Of a stretch of 55,907 bases of DNA, positions 1 to 12,900 are shown one piece after another (the first letter of the stretch is position 1; the number at the start of each line of letters is the position of its first letter). A model generated the notes under the pieces. That model worked only from the letters and a program-made list of their open reading frames with translations, was not told the origin of the DNA and searched no databases. This DNA is from Sphaeroforma arctica JP610. Taxonomy: Eukaryota. The stretch is taken from positions 14,567 to 70,473 of the forward strand of contig NW_014040262.1 of the NCBI RefSeq assembly GCF_001186125.1, in the 5' to 3' direction. Made by a program: the position numbers and the translations under genes.

Positions 1-1077
1 GTTTTGGATTGCAAACTTGCACAGTATTCATCTCTATTATACTTACTTCGTGAAGGTTTCGTGTTTAGGCTGATTCATATCTAGAGACGTTTTTGTCCGA
101 TCCGGTATGAGAATTCTTCATTGACCACCATTTACCTAAATACATATGTATTTTACAAATACGCAGCTCAGATTTCTATGCCCAAAATTGTGGTGAGCAG
201 CGGTGTCTGCAAAGAATGTTTTTGACTCTATTATTATGTATTTAGCGTTGAACCACACAATTTTGAGGGTAATTCAGAAATTTTAGAGGTAATCTTAAAA
301 ACTTTTGTTACCCTCAAGCGGTCAAGCCCCCAACAACTATTTAACAAAAAGGGGCCTGGCCGCCTCTGGGGCCAAGGGCCAAGAAGTGTGAGAAGGTTGA
401 TTAGAGATTACAGTACATATTATATATATGCTTTTTGTTTTAAAAAAACCCCCCAGTTGAACCGATAGTCCGAATCACTGAATCACTCTGAATCTCAGAA
501 TCCTGAATCTCAGAATCAGAGGGAATGAGAGATCCTCAGACCTCAAGTCCTCAGGCTCAGAATAATCAATAAATATATACTTAAATATATACTTTGTTCC
601 AATCTATTAACTCTCATATAGCCTAATTTAGTATTGATACATGGATAAATATATGACAAAAATATCACTCACTCAGAGACTCTAAGTCTCAAGAAGTCGC
701 AAGCTTTTTCTAAATACATGCATGATGCTTTTTTCTTCTTCAAAAGTGTCATTGATGACTAGAGTATGAAGTATCGAGTGTCTACTGTCGAGTCTCGACT
801 TATTTCTGCCATCCTCCCATTTCCATGAGGGTACGTACGACATATGACCAAATCGTTATTATGCATATAGACGCTGTACCGTTAACCGTGTACTATTGCG
901 AAGTTCTACAATGTCAGACAAGTCGAATACAATAATATACTTCTGTAGATATATACGTTGTCTTAGATACCGTCAAATACATTTATATTTATATGAATGT
1001 CTACTTCTTGTACAACATCTATATATGAATATCACAGTATTGTATCTTCATATGTATCTAGATGGGCACAAAAGCAT

Positions 1078-1308
1078 AAATATATATATATATATATATA
1101 TATAATATACTATATACAATACAATATAACAATATAGTAATATAATACGAAGAAAAAAATTATATATATATAAATATATATATACTAAAAGTGATCATAT
1201 GTACAACCGTATAGCTTTTCTTAATGCATACACGCACTACGTATACACGCACTACGTATACACCTACATATATACACACATATACACATGTGCATACACA
1301 CACACATT

Positions 1309-1352
<44 letters not shown>

Positions 1353-1470
1353 AATATATATGTGTGTGTGTGTGAGTGTGTGAATATATAAATATTCATA
1401 TAATTACATAAATATATATATATATAAATATATAATATGTGTGAATATATAAAAATACACGTGTATATAC
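1078..1470. repeat. (TA)n / (TG)n / (CA)n microsatellite-rich low-complexity tract
   Basis: Runs of tatatata, tgtgtgtg and cacacaca visible directly; edges approximate. Confidence 0.9.
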
Positions 1471-3205
1471 GCGTGTTTGAAAATATGTGAAACAAACATT
1501 AACACACATCCTTATCTTTGCAGAAAAATACACATAATATAGAGGATTTCACACAACCATACGATATTTGGTGAAAACATGCTTGCAATGATACCCACTC
1601 GTCCACCTTCTTTTATTTTACATTCGACAGAGGAATATTAACATCGCATGAAACAGACACAAATTCGTCCACATTTTATCCTACATCCTATACCGGGTTG
1701 TATTTGTTCGCAAAAGAACGAAATCACATCCATTACAGACGGAAAACGATAGGTATGCATATAAATATTTACGTGTTACAAAATTGCGTGAATATGTGCA
1801 CACCACACACACAATACATAAATATATATATAAATATACGTGCACACGTACGTATCTAGGGTAATAGACTCCTAAAATAGTTTGGAGGCTATGAACGTGT
1901 ATACGTGTATATATGTGCGTGTGTATAATATTTGAGCGCGTGAGAAATTTGTGTTTACAGATGTGTATAGATACAATTATGGAAATAAAGCGCTCATACA
2001 TCTCATAGGATTTCTCATCACATTAATTTCGTGAAAGCATCCACCGATGTAAAACTTTAAACATCCACCTGCCAAGATGTTTTATTAAATTCGTACAGTT
2101 GATAGAATGGAATTCAACAGTTGGTTTGTACCACGTATTCTCCCGGATTTTCTAAGGTTTCATCTATGTGTAGCTATGAATCTGTGACTCAAGGACAAGA
2201 CGAAAGATTTAATAGCCCTCTGTGGTATAAAAAAAATAGCAATCGACGTGTGAGTGTGACTTCATTATAGACGTCAGAAGAGACCCCTTTTTATTTTTAA
2301 AGCGGTAGAACATACACCGGGGGGGGTCACAGGCACAGCCGCACGGCGCACAGGGAGGGCACAGGCCAAAAGACTCACAGACCACAGAGGCACAGACCCT
2401 CAAACTCACCAGCTCACCACACCACTCCCCGCGAGTTTAATGTCTACGGGAAGACTTGAGAGTTGAGAGTTGAGACTGAAGAGAGTCTGATTAATTTCAC
2501 TGATGTTTTTTTTATTTCTGTTTTTTTACCAAAAGAGGTTTATAAATAAACGTTCGATTATTTATTTATAGACACGACAAATTTGTTCCAACCTTCGGCA
2601 GCACAGCAGCACGTGCGCTCGTTGCCCCAAAAATCGTACACAAAACGGTCGTCCGTCGATTTGGGTCACAGCTGCGTCAAAAATTAAATATAATGAAAAC
2701 ACACTACCTACAAACGAGAAAAAAAATATCACACTACCTACTGTAATCTTTATCTACTAATATTGTAAATTCAGTTCCGAAAGTTGCTTTGGAACATCTC
2801 AGGCATCTGGGTGAGCTTTGGCTGACGTCCTGTGTGACCTGTGGTTTGTGTTGCCAACTGATCTTGGCGATTACGACAGTTGCTTGACAGCGAAGGAGGC
2901 TGGTGCCTGGTGGTGCCCGTTTGGGGTGGTGACTGTGTGTCCTCACGCGATTGTAGTGGGAAGCGTGTGGCGTTGTGGTGTGTGCACCGGTGCATCTACA
3001 TCGACATTGGCCGTGTCTTGACTTTCACTCGACCACCCTGTCTTTGTGTAGACTGTAGAGTGTTGTTGCTTTAGACGTGACGATTCGTCTTTACTCTTTG
3101 CCTTGGCCCGAACACCAACCTTCTTGATTGCGCAACCCGCAGTGCAAACATTTCGAATCGTTCCATGTCTGTTCAAGCTCTCAATGCAAACACCACACAT
3201 ACATT

Positions 3206-6200
3206 ATGAACGAACTAGAAAGTCACTATCCGTTGGATCAGAATGTCAACGTTGACGAAGTCATGGGGCACGACCATCCCTTACAGTCACATCAGCAGCA
3301 CGAAGATGATGGGACAGGTCCACATCACCCGGGTGTGGTGGCCCTTTACCAGGAGCATCATCCGCAATACGAGCACGAACTAGGCTATGGGCGCTCGTAA
3401 GTACTACTACAACTGCTTGTTTTCTGGTTTTTAAGCGCATCAGCTTGTTGCTAATATGTCTCACAAATCCAGCAATATTGTATCTTTATATTTTGGGCTT
3501 GTTATCGATTCAATTGGTATCATCCGAATCTAGTCGCACGCAATCCTGTATGCGTTCTGGCGGATCCGCGTCTCTTTCAAGTGCTGTGGATTATTCTTTG
3601 CATGAACGCGGTCACAGACTATTGCTAGTATCTTTATATTCATAATTGTGTGTTTTTGTTATTTGTTAACCATGCTTGTCCAAGTTGTACAGTATTTGTG
3701 AGTTTTGGTTTGCGGTCGAGCTGTGTGTCTCTGCTATATATAGTTTGTAGATTGGTGTCGTCTGTTGTCTGGGTCTATCTTATTACGCAAGCAGTTTTCT
3801 GGGCGGAGTTAGTAAGTACAAGCCTCTGGCACCTTGTTTTGCCTATTCCTGTCTCACTGGTATACTTGTGCTCGCTGCTATTAAAGTTTAAACTCGCTAG
3901 CTACATTTGTGGCTGGCCTACATCTCAAGGTGCAGACCGTTCAATAGACCAGTGTTTGCAGCTGGTGCAAGGAAGGCATTGGTGTAGCAGTATTTTGCAC
4001 AAACACACTGTTGTGTTTCCGTCTCTCTAAGTAGCTATCGTGTTTACTACACGCTCTTAGAATTGATGTTAGCGACACAGAAACCTTTCATACTCTTTAT
4101 CAAGATTATCAGCCGTTATGAGGTGTATCCTGAGTGCTTTAAGCTTCTTTAATGCGCTGCTGCTGGTACAACCTCATCTGTCACATTTATACTGCATTCA
4201 AATTCAAAGTCACTATTCGTTTCTGTACGCAAACTAAACTTAGACAATGCGGCTCAAGCCAACTCTATACGGAGCCACATATCTCATCACAATCGGTTTT
4301 CGCTGACTTCACTTTTCTGCACGCTTTGAACAGTGATCTGGTTCATGACGAGGTCGGTGCCAGTCCGTTGCTTCTCGAAGCACTAGACAATGAGCCCATG
4401 CAGTTTAACGGGCAACTGGCGCCACCCCTCAGTGTGTCGTTAGGCGATCAAGGTCAAAACTACATTGCCTCGCAGATGAGTTCGGAACTGGACGGGAACC
4501 TGGAGCAGCTCAATGAGGAGATCCACTTCGAGTTCTCGGGGCAGGCGCCGCTGAATCTAGACCATAACCAGGAGTTTGATAGCCACCTGAGTAGCACACT
4601 CAACCATCCCTTAGATAGCATGGATGGCGAGTTGGGTGGCGTGGGCCAAGATATGGATGTGCAGCCGATGGACCAGTCACGCCCGCTGTCGAAGGTGCAG
4701 GACTTTGGGGCGGACTACCCTCCGCTCAGCGCTGAGGCGGATGGCGATCAACAACACCACCACGCCCAGTACCAAGACGAGTTCAGGCAGCACTCCCAGC
4801 AGCAGCACGAGGCTCATGCACACGGGCCAGACCAGGGCTACCAACACAGCCCCCAGACCCAAGACGGCTACAGGCAGGAGCCATCGCAGATGTCTGAGGG
4901 ATACGACGTGCAGGGCCAGCAGTTGGAGCAGCCGAATTACACTCATGACCCGTACAACCAACACCAGGCACACCAGGCCTACAGGCAGCAGGAAGAGTTT
5001 CAGTCGTATAGCCAACTGCAGGACCAGCAACCGTATATGCAAGAGCAGGACCCGCCACCCTATAGTCAGCAACAGGAACCTTATAGTCAGCAACAGGACC
5101 AACAGCCCTATAGTCATCAACAGGACCAGCAGTCCTTTAACCAGCAACAGGACCAACAGCCCTATAGTCATCAACAGGACCAACAGCCCTATAATCAGCA
5201 ACAGGACCAACAGCCCTATAATCAGCAACAGGACCAACAGCCCTATAATCAACAACAGGACCAGCAGTCATACAACCAGCAGCACGATCAAATAACCTAT
5301 GGCCAAGAACATGAGGAGTATAGGCAGCACGCACAGCAGCTGCCACAGAACCAGCACCAGATACAGCAGGGTATGGGGGATCACCACGCCTCTAAACAAG
5401 ACTTAGACCAGTACGAACAGCCACACCACCCGCCTTTGATGGCGCATCAGATAGAGCAGGCCACCGAAATGCCTCCATTGACCAGTGACAGCCAACACCG
5501 GCCGCTGGGCGAAGAAGATCGAGATCATATGATGTTGCAGGTGGGAGAGCTGAACGAGCAGAATGACCTGCAGCAGTTGCATGCTCAGCAGGTATCGGAG
5601 GGTGTCCCACGCGCTGATGACATGAGCATGCAGCTGGACGACCAGGACATGCACTACAAGCATCTCCAAGCACAGGAGCCAAGTTATGACCACCAGGAAC
5701 CACACCAGCAACCGCATCAGCATCAGCATCAACAACAACAGCAGCAACCAGATGCACCACCGCAACAGCAACAGCAAACACACCAGCAGAGTCACAACGA
5801 ACAGCACGCGCACGAGGGTGCGGCACAGGGCCACCCGCAGACATATGCGCAAGTGGGACCTCACAAACGCCAACTGCTCAGCACACAAGGGTCGGCTACC
5901 AACTCGCCTGCACCTCAGGCGATAGACCTACAGAACCCCACTATGGGCCAGCAGTACCCCCTCACGGGACTACAGGACCCACCGCAGGCGCACGACCCAG
6001 CCAACCCCCAGACAACCATCCCCCCACCCCCACAGTCAGACGCACCCGCGCCACCACTGGGCGACATGGACGCACAGACGTTCAGGTCTATGCAGCTAGC
6101 ACAGGAAACCTACCGACAAGCACTGCTGCTGCAGGACAGTAACAGTGGCGGCGGACAACTCGCGCTGACGGAATACGCACCTGTCGCGTATGTGGACACA

Positions 6201-8933
6201 CAAGCCAATGGGATGGGCGGCAGTCATCAAAAACAGCAGCAGCAACAACAACCACAACAGCAGCCACAACCACAGACAGCCCAGCGATCGTCCCAGGTGT
6301 CGCTGGTGCAGCAGCAGTACCCCCACGCTAGTCGAGGCAACTCACACCCAAACGGCGTGCAAGCGAGCCCAGCGCAACCACAGGCGCAGGCACCAAGCAA
6401 TCACCAGCCATTGACACAGTCGTTTCAAGTGCAGCTGCAGGGGCCTAAGCACCTGGGTGCAGACTCGTCCAGCAGTCACCAGCAATCACAGGCACAGCAC
6501 CGCCCCCTGCAGCATGCCGAAGCACAGGGCCAGTCCCAAGCTCTGGTACTCTCGCAGCAGAACTCGATGATGCTCACCCAGCAGAACTCGTTACCTACCA
6601 AGCTGAAAAAGAAGAGCCGGGGCTATCGCACAGGCGCGGTGGTGTGCTACCAGGACTGGTTGCACGATGCCTCGCCAGATATAACACTGTGTTGTATCAA
6701 GTGTGGGGCTGACTGGAGGTTCCTGGAGGGTGTGGTCAAGAAGCAACACAAAGTGAAGATGGCCACCTTAGCCAACGGACAGGTGGTGGTGCGGCAGGAA
6801 CGACACCGCAAGTGTCTGGCGATGTGCAAGCCGCCCCCTGAGCACAAAAGCATGCAGGATTCACAGCTGCGGCATGCCTTCCAGAAGTGGTCGGATGCCA
6901 TGGCCACTCACCAGGCGCAAATGTATGTATCACGTACGTGGGAACATTTGCATGTGTGTGTGTCTCACTTACATGAGTATTTGTATGTACCACTTGCATG
7001 TTTATATGTATATGGATGTATCACTTGTATATGTGTGTGGAGGTATTGATTGAGAATGTCGGCGAGTGAGTCAGGGGTATGTGTTTTCGTTTGGTTGCCC
7101 TACGTCTGGTTTCTCCAGTTTCTATCGGAATCAAGACGTGCCTCACTATCTATCCCCTTTATTTTCATTCGAGAGCGCTCATTCATGCTCGGTTGCATAC
7201 TTTGGTAGGTGACAGTTATCCGTTAAGGTGTGGTTTTTGCATGTTTAATTCGGGAATTTATACGAAGATTAGTGTGTGGGGGGGGGGGTACTTCTGCGAA
7301 TTGGATTCACTCACACTGTGAAGTAGCTCCTAACTTTAGAAACCCTTCACTCACCCGTACTGACCCTCTCTTCATCTGTAGGTCCCAGGAACAGAAACAC
7401 ATCACTACGGTCCACGGGCATCAACAACACAAACAGAAAGCAACACCTCAGTCACAGATATCAGCACAGGCCCAGTTGCACCAATCGCAATCGCAGCAAA
7501 TGCAGCCGCTACACCTTCTCTCGAGCTCGGTCATCAGCCACGTCCAGACACCAATGTCAGTTCAGCCAGTCAACCACCTGGCACAGAACACGCGTGTGCC
7601 GTTGCAGCAACAGCAAACGCAACCGCAACCGCAACAACAGGAGCTGAAGCATCACCAGACCCAAACATACACGTTTACGCCAACGTACACACCACCGCAG
7701 CCCTATACACTACCACAAATAAGCGCTCAATCACAGGTACAAGCACAAGCACAGCCCGCAATTCAATATCAGCAACCACCGCAGCCCCAATACCAGAATC
7801 AACCGGCACAGCTGCAGGCTACTCGATTCCCAAGCCAACCGACTGTTCAAACGAAGGCAAACATGCCAGCAGTGACGCAGACCCCCGGCCCAATCCCACC
7901 AGTAACCCAGACGTATGCTACATCCCACACACAGCTCAACCAATCCCAGCAACCACAGGCAACATCGAAGCCACAGAATCAATATTCTGTCAAGAAGCAA
8001 CAAGCATCGCCACAAATCAGTCGGGTGGTACCTACACCGCAATATCCGCAGGTACACCCTCAATCACAGACGTATGCACAGCCGCTACAACAACAAGCAC
8101 CCCTACCACCACCGAATCAAGCGCCCACGCTTGTCAATGGGCAGCAACCTTTGTCACATATACTCGACCAAGGCAAGGCAGATCCGAGCTCAAACGCACC
8201 GCCCCAAACCCATGTGGTTTTTCCTCAGTCCGAAGTATCTACTCAGCAGAACGTGATTACTCCGTCTGAGCTACACAATACCGTATACACTCAGTCGATG
8301 CCATCAGCCACGCATAATGAGCAGATACTGACAGAGAAAGTGCAGGATAATCACATGCCGCAGCATACAGGGACGGCGTCGGTGCAGGAATCCAAAATGG
8401 CGAAGGGTGTATCACCGGAATCTTCACAGGCCACAAAACAGCAAGCAACAGTGCCGCTTAGTAAAATAGAGAGTTCTGCGCCTGAAAGACAACAGGAGGC
8501 ACAGTACCCTATACCACAAGCACCAGCAGCTTCCAACAATATACAGAGTCCGGTCCAGCAGCCAGGGACACATCAGCCAAGTGCTGCACCCCAGGTATTG
8601 GGTCTGCGGGCGCAAGCAGTTCCCCATCAAGCAGGGGTCAAAACTCAACGAACACAGACACCCTCCCAGCAAACCCAAGCACCTACACAGCAACCAATAG
8701 CACCCACCAAGCAACCAGTACTAGCTGCTCAACAGACACAGGTACCTGCTCAGCACACCCACGCAGCTAACCACTCCGCTAATCAGCAGATACCAACAGC
8801 TACTCAACATACACAGCCACTCGCTGTGCAGACCCAAGCGCCCTCCGCGCAAGTCGCTATAGGGACTCCGCCATTGCAACAGCAGGTACAAGCACAGTCT
8901 CACGTCCTAGTAGACTCTCCTGTGCAGGTATAG
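3206..8933 (+). CDS. Gln/Pro/His-rich low-complexity protein (~1443 aa, 3 exons: 3206-3396, 4334-6922, 7382-8933) with one small Cys/His-rich domain; function unknown
   Basis: ATG at 3206 (MNELESHYPLDQ). Donor GTAAGT at 3397 joins acceptor CAG at 4333 in phase (TC|T). Donor GTATGT at 6923 joins acceptor TAG at 7381 in phase (AT|G). CTGAC branch motifs precede both acceptors. Matches long ORFs 4152-7049 and 7230-8933; stop TAG at 8931-8933. Confidence 0.85.
5019..5290 (+). repeat. Coding 27-bp tandem repeat (QDQQPY[S/N][H/Q]Q), about 10 imperfect copies
   Basis: Unit caggaccaacagccctataatcagcaa repeated in frame within exon 2. Confidence 0.9.
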
Positions 8934-9941
8934 TACGCCTGAGAATGGCCTTGAGTGTGAACAGTGTTGATTGATCACCTTTTCTGGTTTGATGGAAGAA
9001 TAGTTAGTACCGTAACCTACCGTCTACGCCGTAGTAGAAGTTTATCAACAGCCCGAGTATTGTGCGCACAGCACATGACCTGGGGCCCACTTCGCAGTCT
9101 ATGGCACCGTAGGAAATGTCTCGCGAATTTAGTTAGCGCCCAATATATTGGTGCAATAAAAAACCTCAGCGGCCTCAGGTCTCTGACGTCTCATTGATAA
9201 AGTAGTAAAATAGTTCAAATAAAGTGCTATTTCAAAAGCTAACGCTAAAGGTGTTGCTGAGACTCTTCTCCATTTTGACTGCAAAGCTGGCTAAACCGTC
9301 TGTGAAATAGCTGCCCCGAGCTTATATATATATAGGATGAAATCATGACTTGACGGTGAGAAAGAAGAATCCATAATCCGCAATTAAGTTACCAAGTACG
9401 GTTACCATACAAATTTATAGTATCGCATTGATGTTCTCATGCCGGTGTCAGAGTTGGCATACATGAGTGAGCACTCGGGTCTTAAGGCATCCAAAATGTC
9501 ACTTGTGTACATAAATATATACCGATTTCAGCAAACACCCTATGGCACAATTTTATCCGAATCTCGTCTGAAAGGTATTTGGTAAATTTTGAGTTAGGAG
9601 ACAGGTTTCCCACTCTATATACATGGGTTCTTTTGCATAATAGACCACCAAACAGATGCAACGAACAGAGAATAGCCAATAACGAAGCATACAAGGAAAA
9701 TTCGTGTAAGTAGCGACTCAATGTAAAAGAAAGGTACTGATCATGTAATTTATGTCTGCATTCCTCATATTTTAAAAATCCAGTTCTCGACTAATTCAGC
9801 AATTTCTAGGGCCCTCCCCTTATCTTTGTGTTATGAAGCGACGTCGGCGGAATAGTTAGTAGTTAGAAATGTTTAATACTCTAATTTTATAGTCCGTCCG
9901 TCATTCTGCAGCTCAAAAATATCGAGCGCTAGACATTCCGA

Positions 9942-12900
9942 TTAGCTCCCACTTCTCCTTCTATGCCTGTAATCGCTATCTCCGTCCAATGATCCTCCAC
10001 CGTCCCTTGATTCACGACACTCTTCTACAGTCTGTGTCCTACGTCTATTGGTATCGTAGGCATAATCTCGGCTGCTCCGATCCACTCTGCTTGTGCGACC
10101 ATTTTCGTTTCTCAGCTCTTCGTTATAGTGACCCTTCGAGTCCTGCACGATTGTTTTGTCTCTCCGCAAGTCTCGACTCCTAGTTTCAGAAAAACCCCTG
10201 TAGCCCTCACCACCACGAGACGCCGTTCGGCCAATTCGACTGTCTCTGCTCGGCCTCCTCTCTTTACTTCCTCTGCTCTCGCGCCCATTGCTGTCCTCCC
10301 ATCTCTCCATGTCTCTAGAACTCCTCTGTCGTTTGGGCGATCGTGTGCACTCAGATTTCTTCCTCACAGGACCTCGGTGGTGCTCCCCATCAATCTCTCC
10401 CTCCTCAACTCTCGCTTGTGCTGCATCTTTAGGCAAATGAATAATTGTTCCGTCTGTCGAATTTCGAGTCTCAATTGAATGCCGCGGTGCATTTCTACTG
10501 CAATCTTTATCCCGATTTTCAATCGAGGTCCGTTTTGTGCGTTTCCGATCATGGGTGTTATCAGCCACCTCAGTGCCTGGGCGTTTAGTTGAGCGTATCC
10601 TGTTCTCAGAGGAGCTCTCTCTGGCTTCACGGCTGCTAGAACCTCCACTGTTTCCTCTCCTAGACGTCTCACGGTTATCCAGAGGACGCGCATCTCTCAC
10701 CTCAGGGGAAGGTGTGCTGTCACGGCTACTGCACCCTCCTCCGCTACTCCTCGAGTGTCTGTTTCTCGTACCAGGAAGGTGTGTGTCTCGCACTGCGGAC
10801 AGACTCTTGTTTGAACCCCCAGACGATAACGCTCTGTAGCCTGCGATTGCGGCCTGAGCCTTAAGGTCGATTTCTGAGTCTTCCAGCATTGCGTTGGAAG
10901 GTGCAGGGTGTTTTCTAGAGTATTCGGACCAGGGCCGGCCATTTTTCATCAATACACGGTCACGAGCATCGTCCGCTAAATCCTGTTCAGAATGATCATA
11001 AGATAAACTGGAGGTGATTGTCTGGCATATAAAAGCTCTTCAGGGTGGGCGAATCTTGTTATGAAATTTAAATGTACTCATTGTAATCAATGACGAAGTG
11101 AGTGGCACTTACAATACCGTCTCGTCGAATTCCAAACAACAACTCCGGAGGCAGCAGGTATCTATTCTATTTGAGTATCAAGCCTCCATGTAGTGTCTAG
11201 AATTGATCCATGTGTGAACATTCGAGACGGAGTCAGCCTCACAAGAACTATACGAACGGGCAACCCAGCTTTGTATATTGCATACCTTGAATATCGATTT
11301 CTCCTTGTCTTTTGAAAGCAGCTCAGCATTGCCGAGCACCCACATGCAATGCTTCGCCCGAGTGAGCGCAACGTTCAGCCGCCGCACGTCTACATGATCA
11401 TAAGGAGTCGATTATATATGTTCATTAACAAGTGAGCTGTATTTGCGTGTGGGTACATATAGCATATTCCTTGGTAGTGCGTCTACTTCCGCCACTTCTT
11501 CCACTTCGCAAAAAGCTTCAAGTACGCCACATATAACTATTTTGAATATGAGGCATTTGAAGGGAGCACGCTCCGATGTTTTTTTCGGCATTGATTTACA
11601 GCGATTACGTGTCGAAAGAATTTTAGCAGAGGGCAATACATTCGCATGCAACATAAACTGACCGTTCAGAAATCCGATATTTCCGCTGTGGTTGGCACGC
11701 ACGCACGAGAAGATGATAATATCCTTTTCCCGGCCCTAAAAAAGTGATCGATTTGTAGGCTAAGCGGTTAGTGGCCAAGCCAGCAAAAAAAGCATTTAAG
11801 TAAGAGCGGAAAAGATTTTAATCGTGAGCAGCAATAGATGTCACATTCTCTTAGAAACCGAGTGCTCGCTTATACGCGATTCCTTTGAGAGCACGCGGTC
11901 CTGCACACTGAGACAGATACGTGAAAAGCATCTAAATGGGCCTCCCATATACACTCGCCATATCTTCACGATGCGCCAAAACCCAGATATGCAGCACATG
12001 CACGAGAGTTGAAACTCTCGCATACCTGGTACGAATCTACAGAGTCAATTTCCACATGACTCAATATAGCTTCACCGCCGAAGAAGTCGCAGAATAGTCT
12101 CCTGATGAGATGTTTTTGAGCTGAATACGGCGTCACAATACCCACCCTGCCAGAGAATCCCGTCCCTCTGCAGCTCCTACGTTATGAATTGGGTGGGGTG
12201 GAGTGGGAGTGATGAGAATTGCATAATGCGATGAGCGCATTCTTATCCTAAAGTGCTATAGTTGTCAGTGTACACAACATGGGATGATATCAATCAATGC
12301 GGTTAAATTGGAACCCACGAGTTTCAGTTATGAGCGCGTAATAGTGCGTGTGCTGATTACAACAGATGCTGTGAAGGTGCTATGTGATGTATATGATCGG
12401 GTGGATGGAGGGATGGGTGGTAGACAGGAACAATGAACTGGGTGCTACAACTGCGATCGGAATAGTGCGTAATATGAAAGTGTGTTATTTAGGGCGTCTG
12501 TGATGACTGGGGTAGGTAACAGCAAACTATTGCAGATCGCGTAGTTAGAATTGTAGAAAAATCGCTGGAATGTGATAAATGCCTTGCACTTCCAGATTTG
12601 CACTCATTCCATTGCGTTTGATAAACTAAACATGTGTTGTCGTCGCTGCTGATATATGAAAATGATTCCTAAGTACCCCAACAAACAAAGAGAGTAAAGA
12701 TATACACCCACCCCTAGCACAGATACTGGTATTAACGAGAAAATTAATTCAACACGAGTTCACGGACAAAAACGCCCGCACAATATAGCAAGCTACTTTC
12801 AGCAACAAAAACGATCTTCCATTTTTGTGATCTCAGTAACCGAACATGCATAAAGCATGACCAACTATACTGACACATAGAAACGATCACTTACATGCAG

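Noticed and set aside
4624..6414. Overlapping alternative-frame and antisense ORFs (e.g. Leu-rich 4677-5255)
   Set aside because: Shadows of the CAG/CAA-rich coding sequence.
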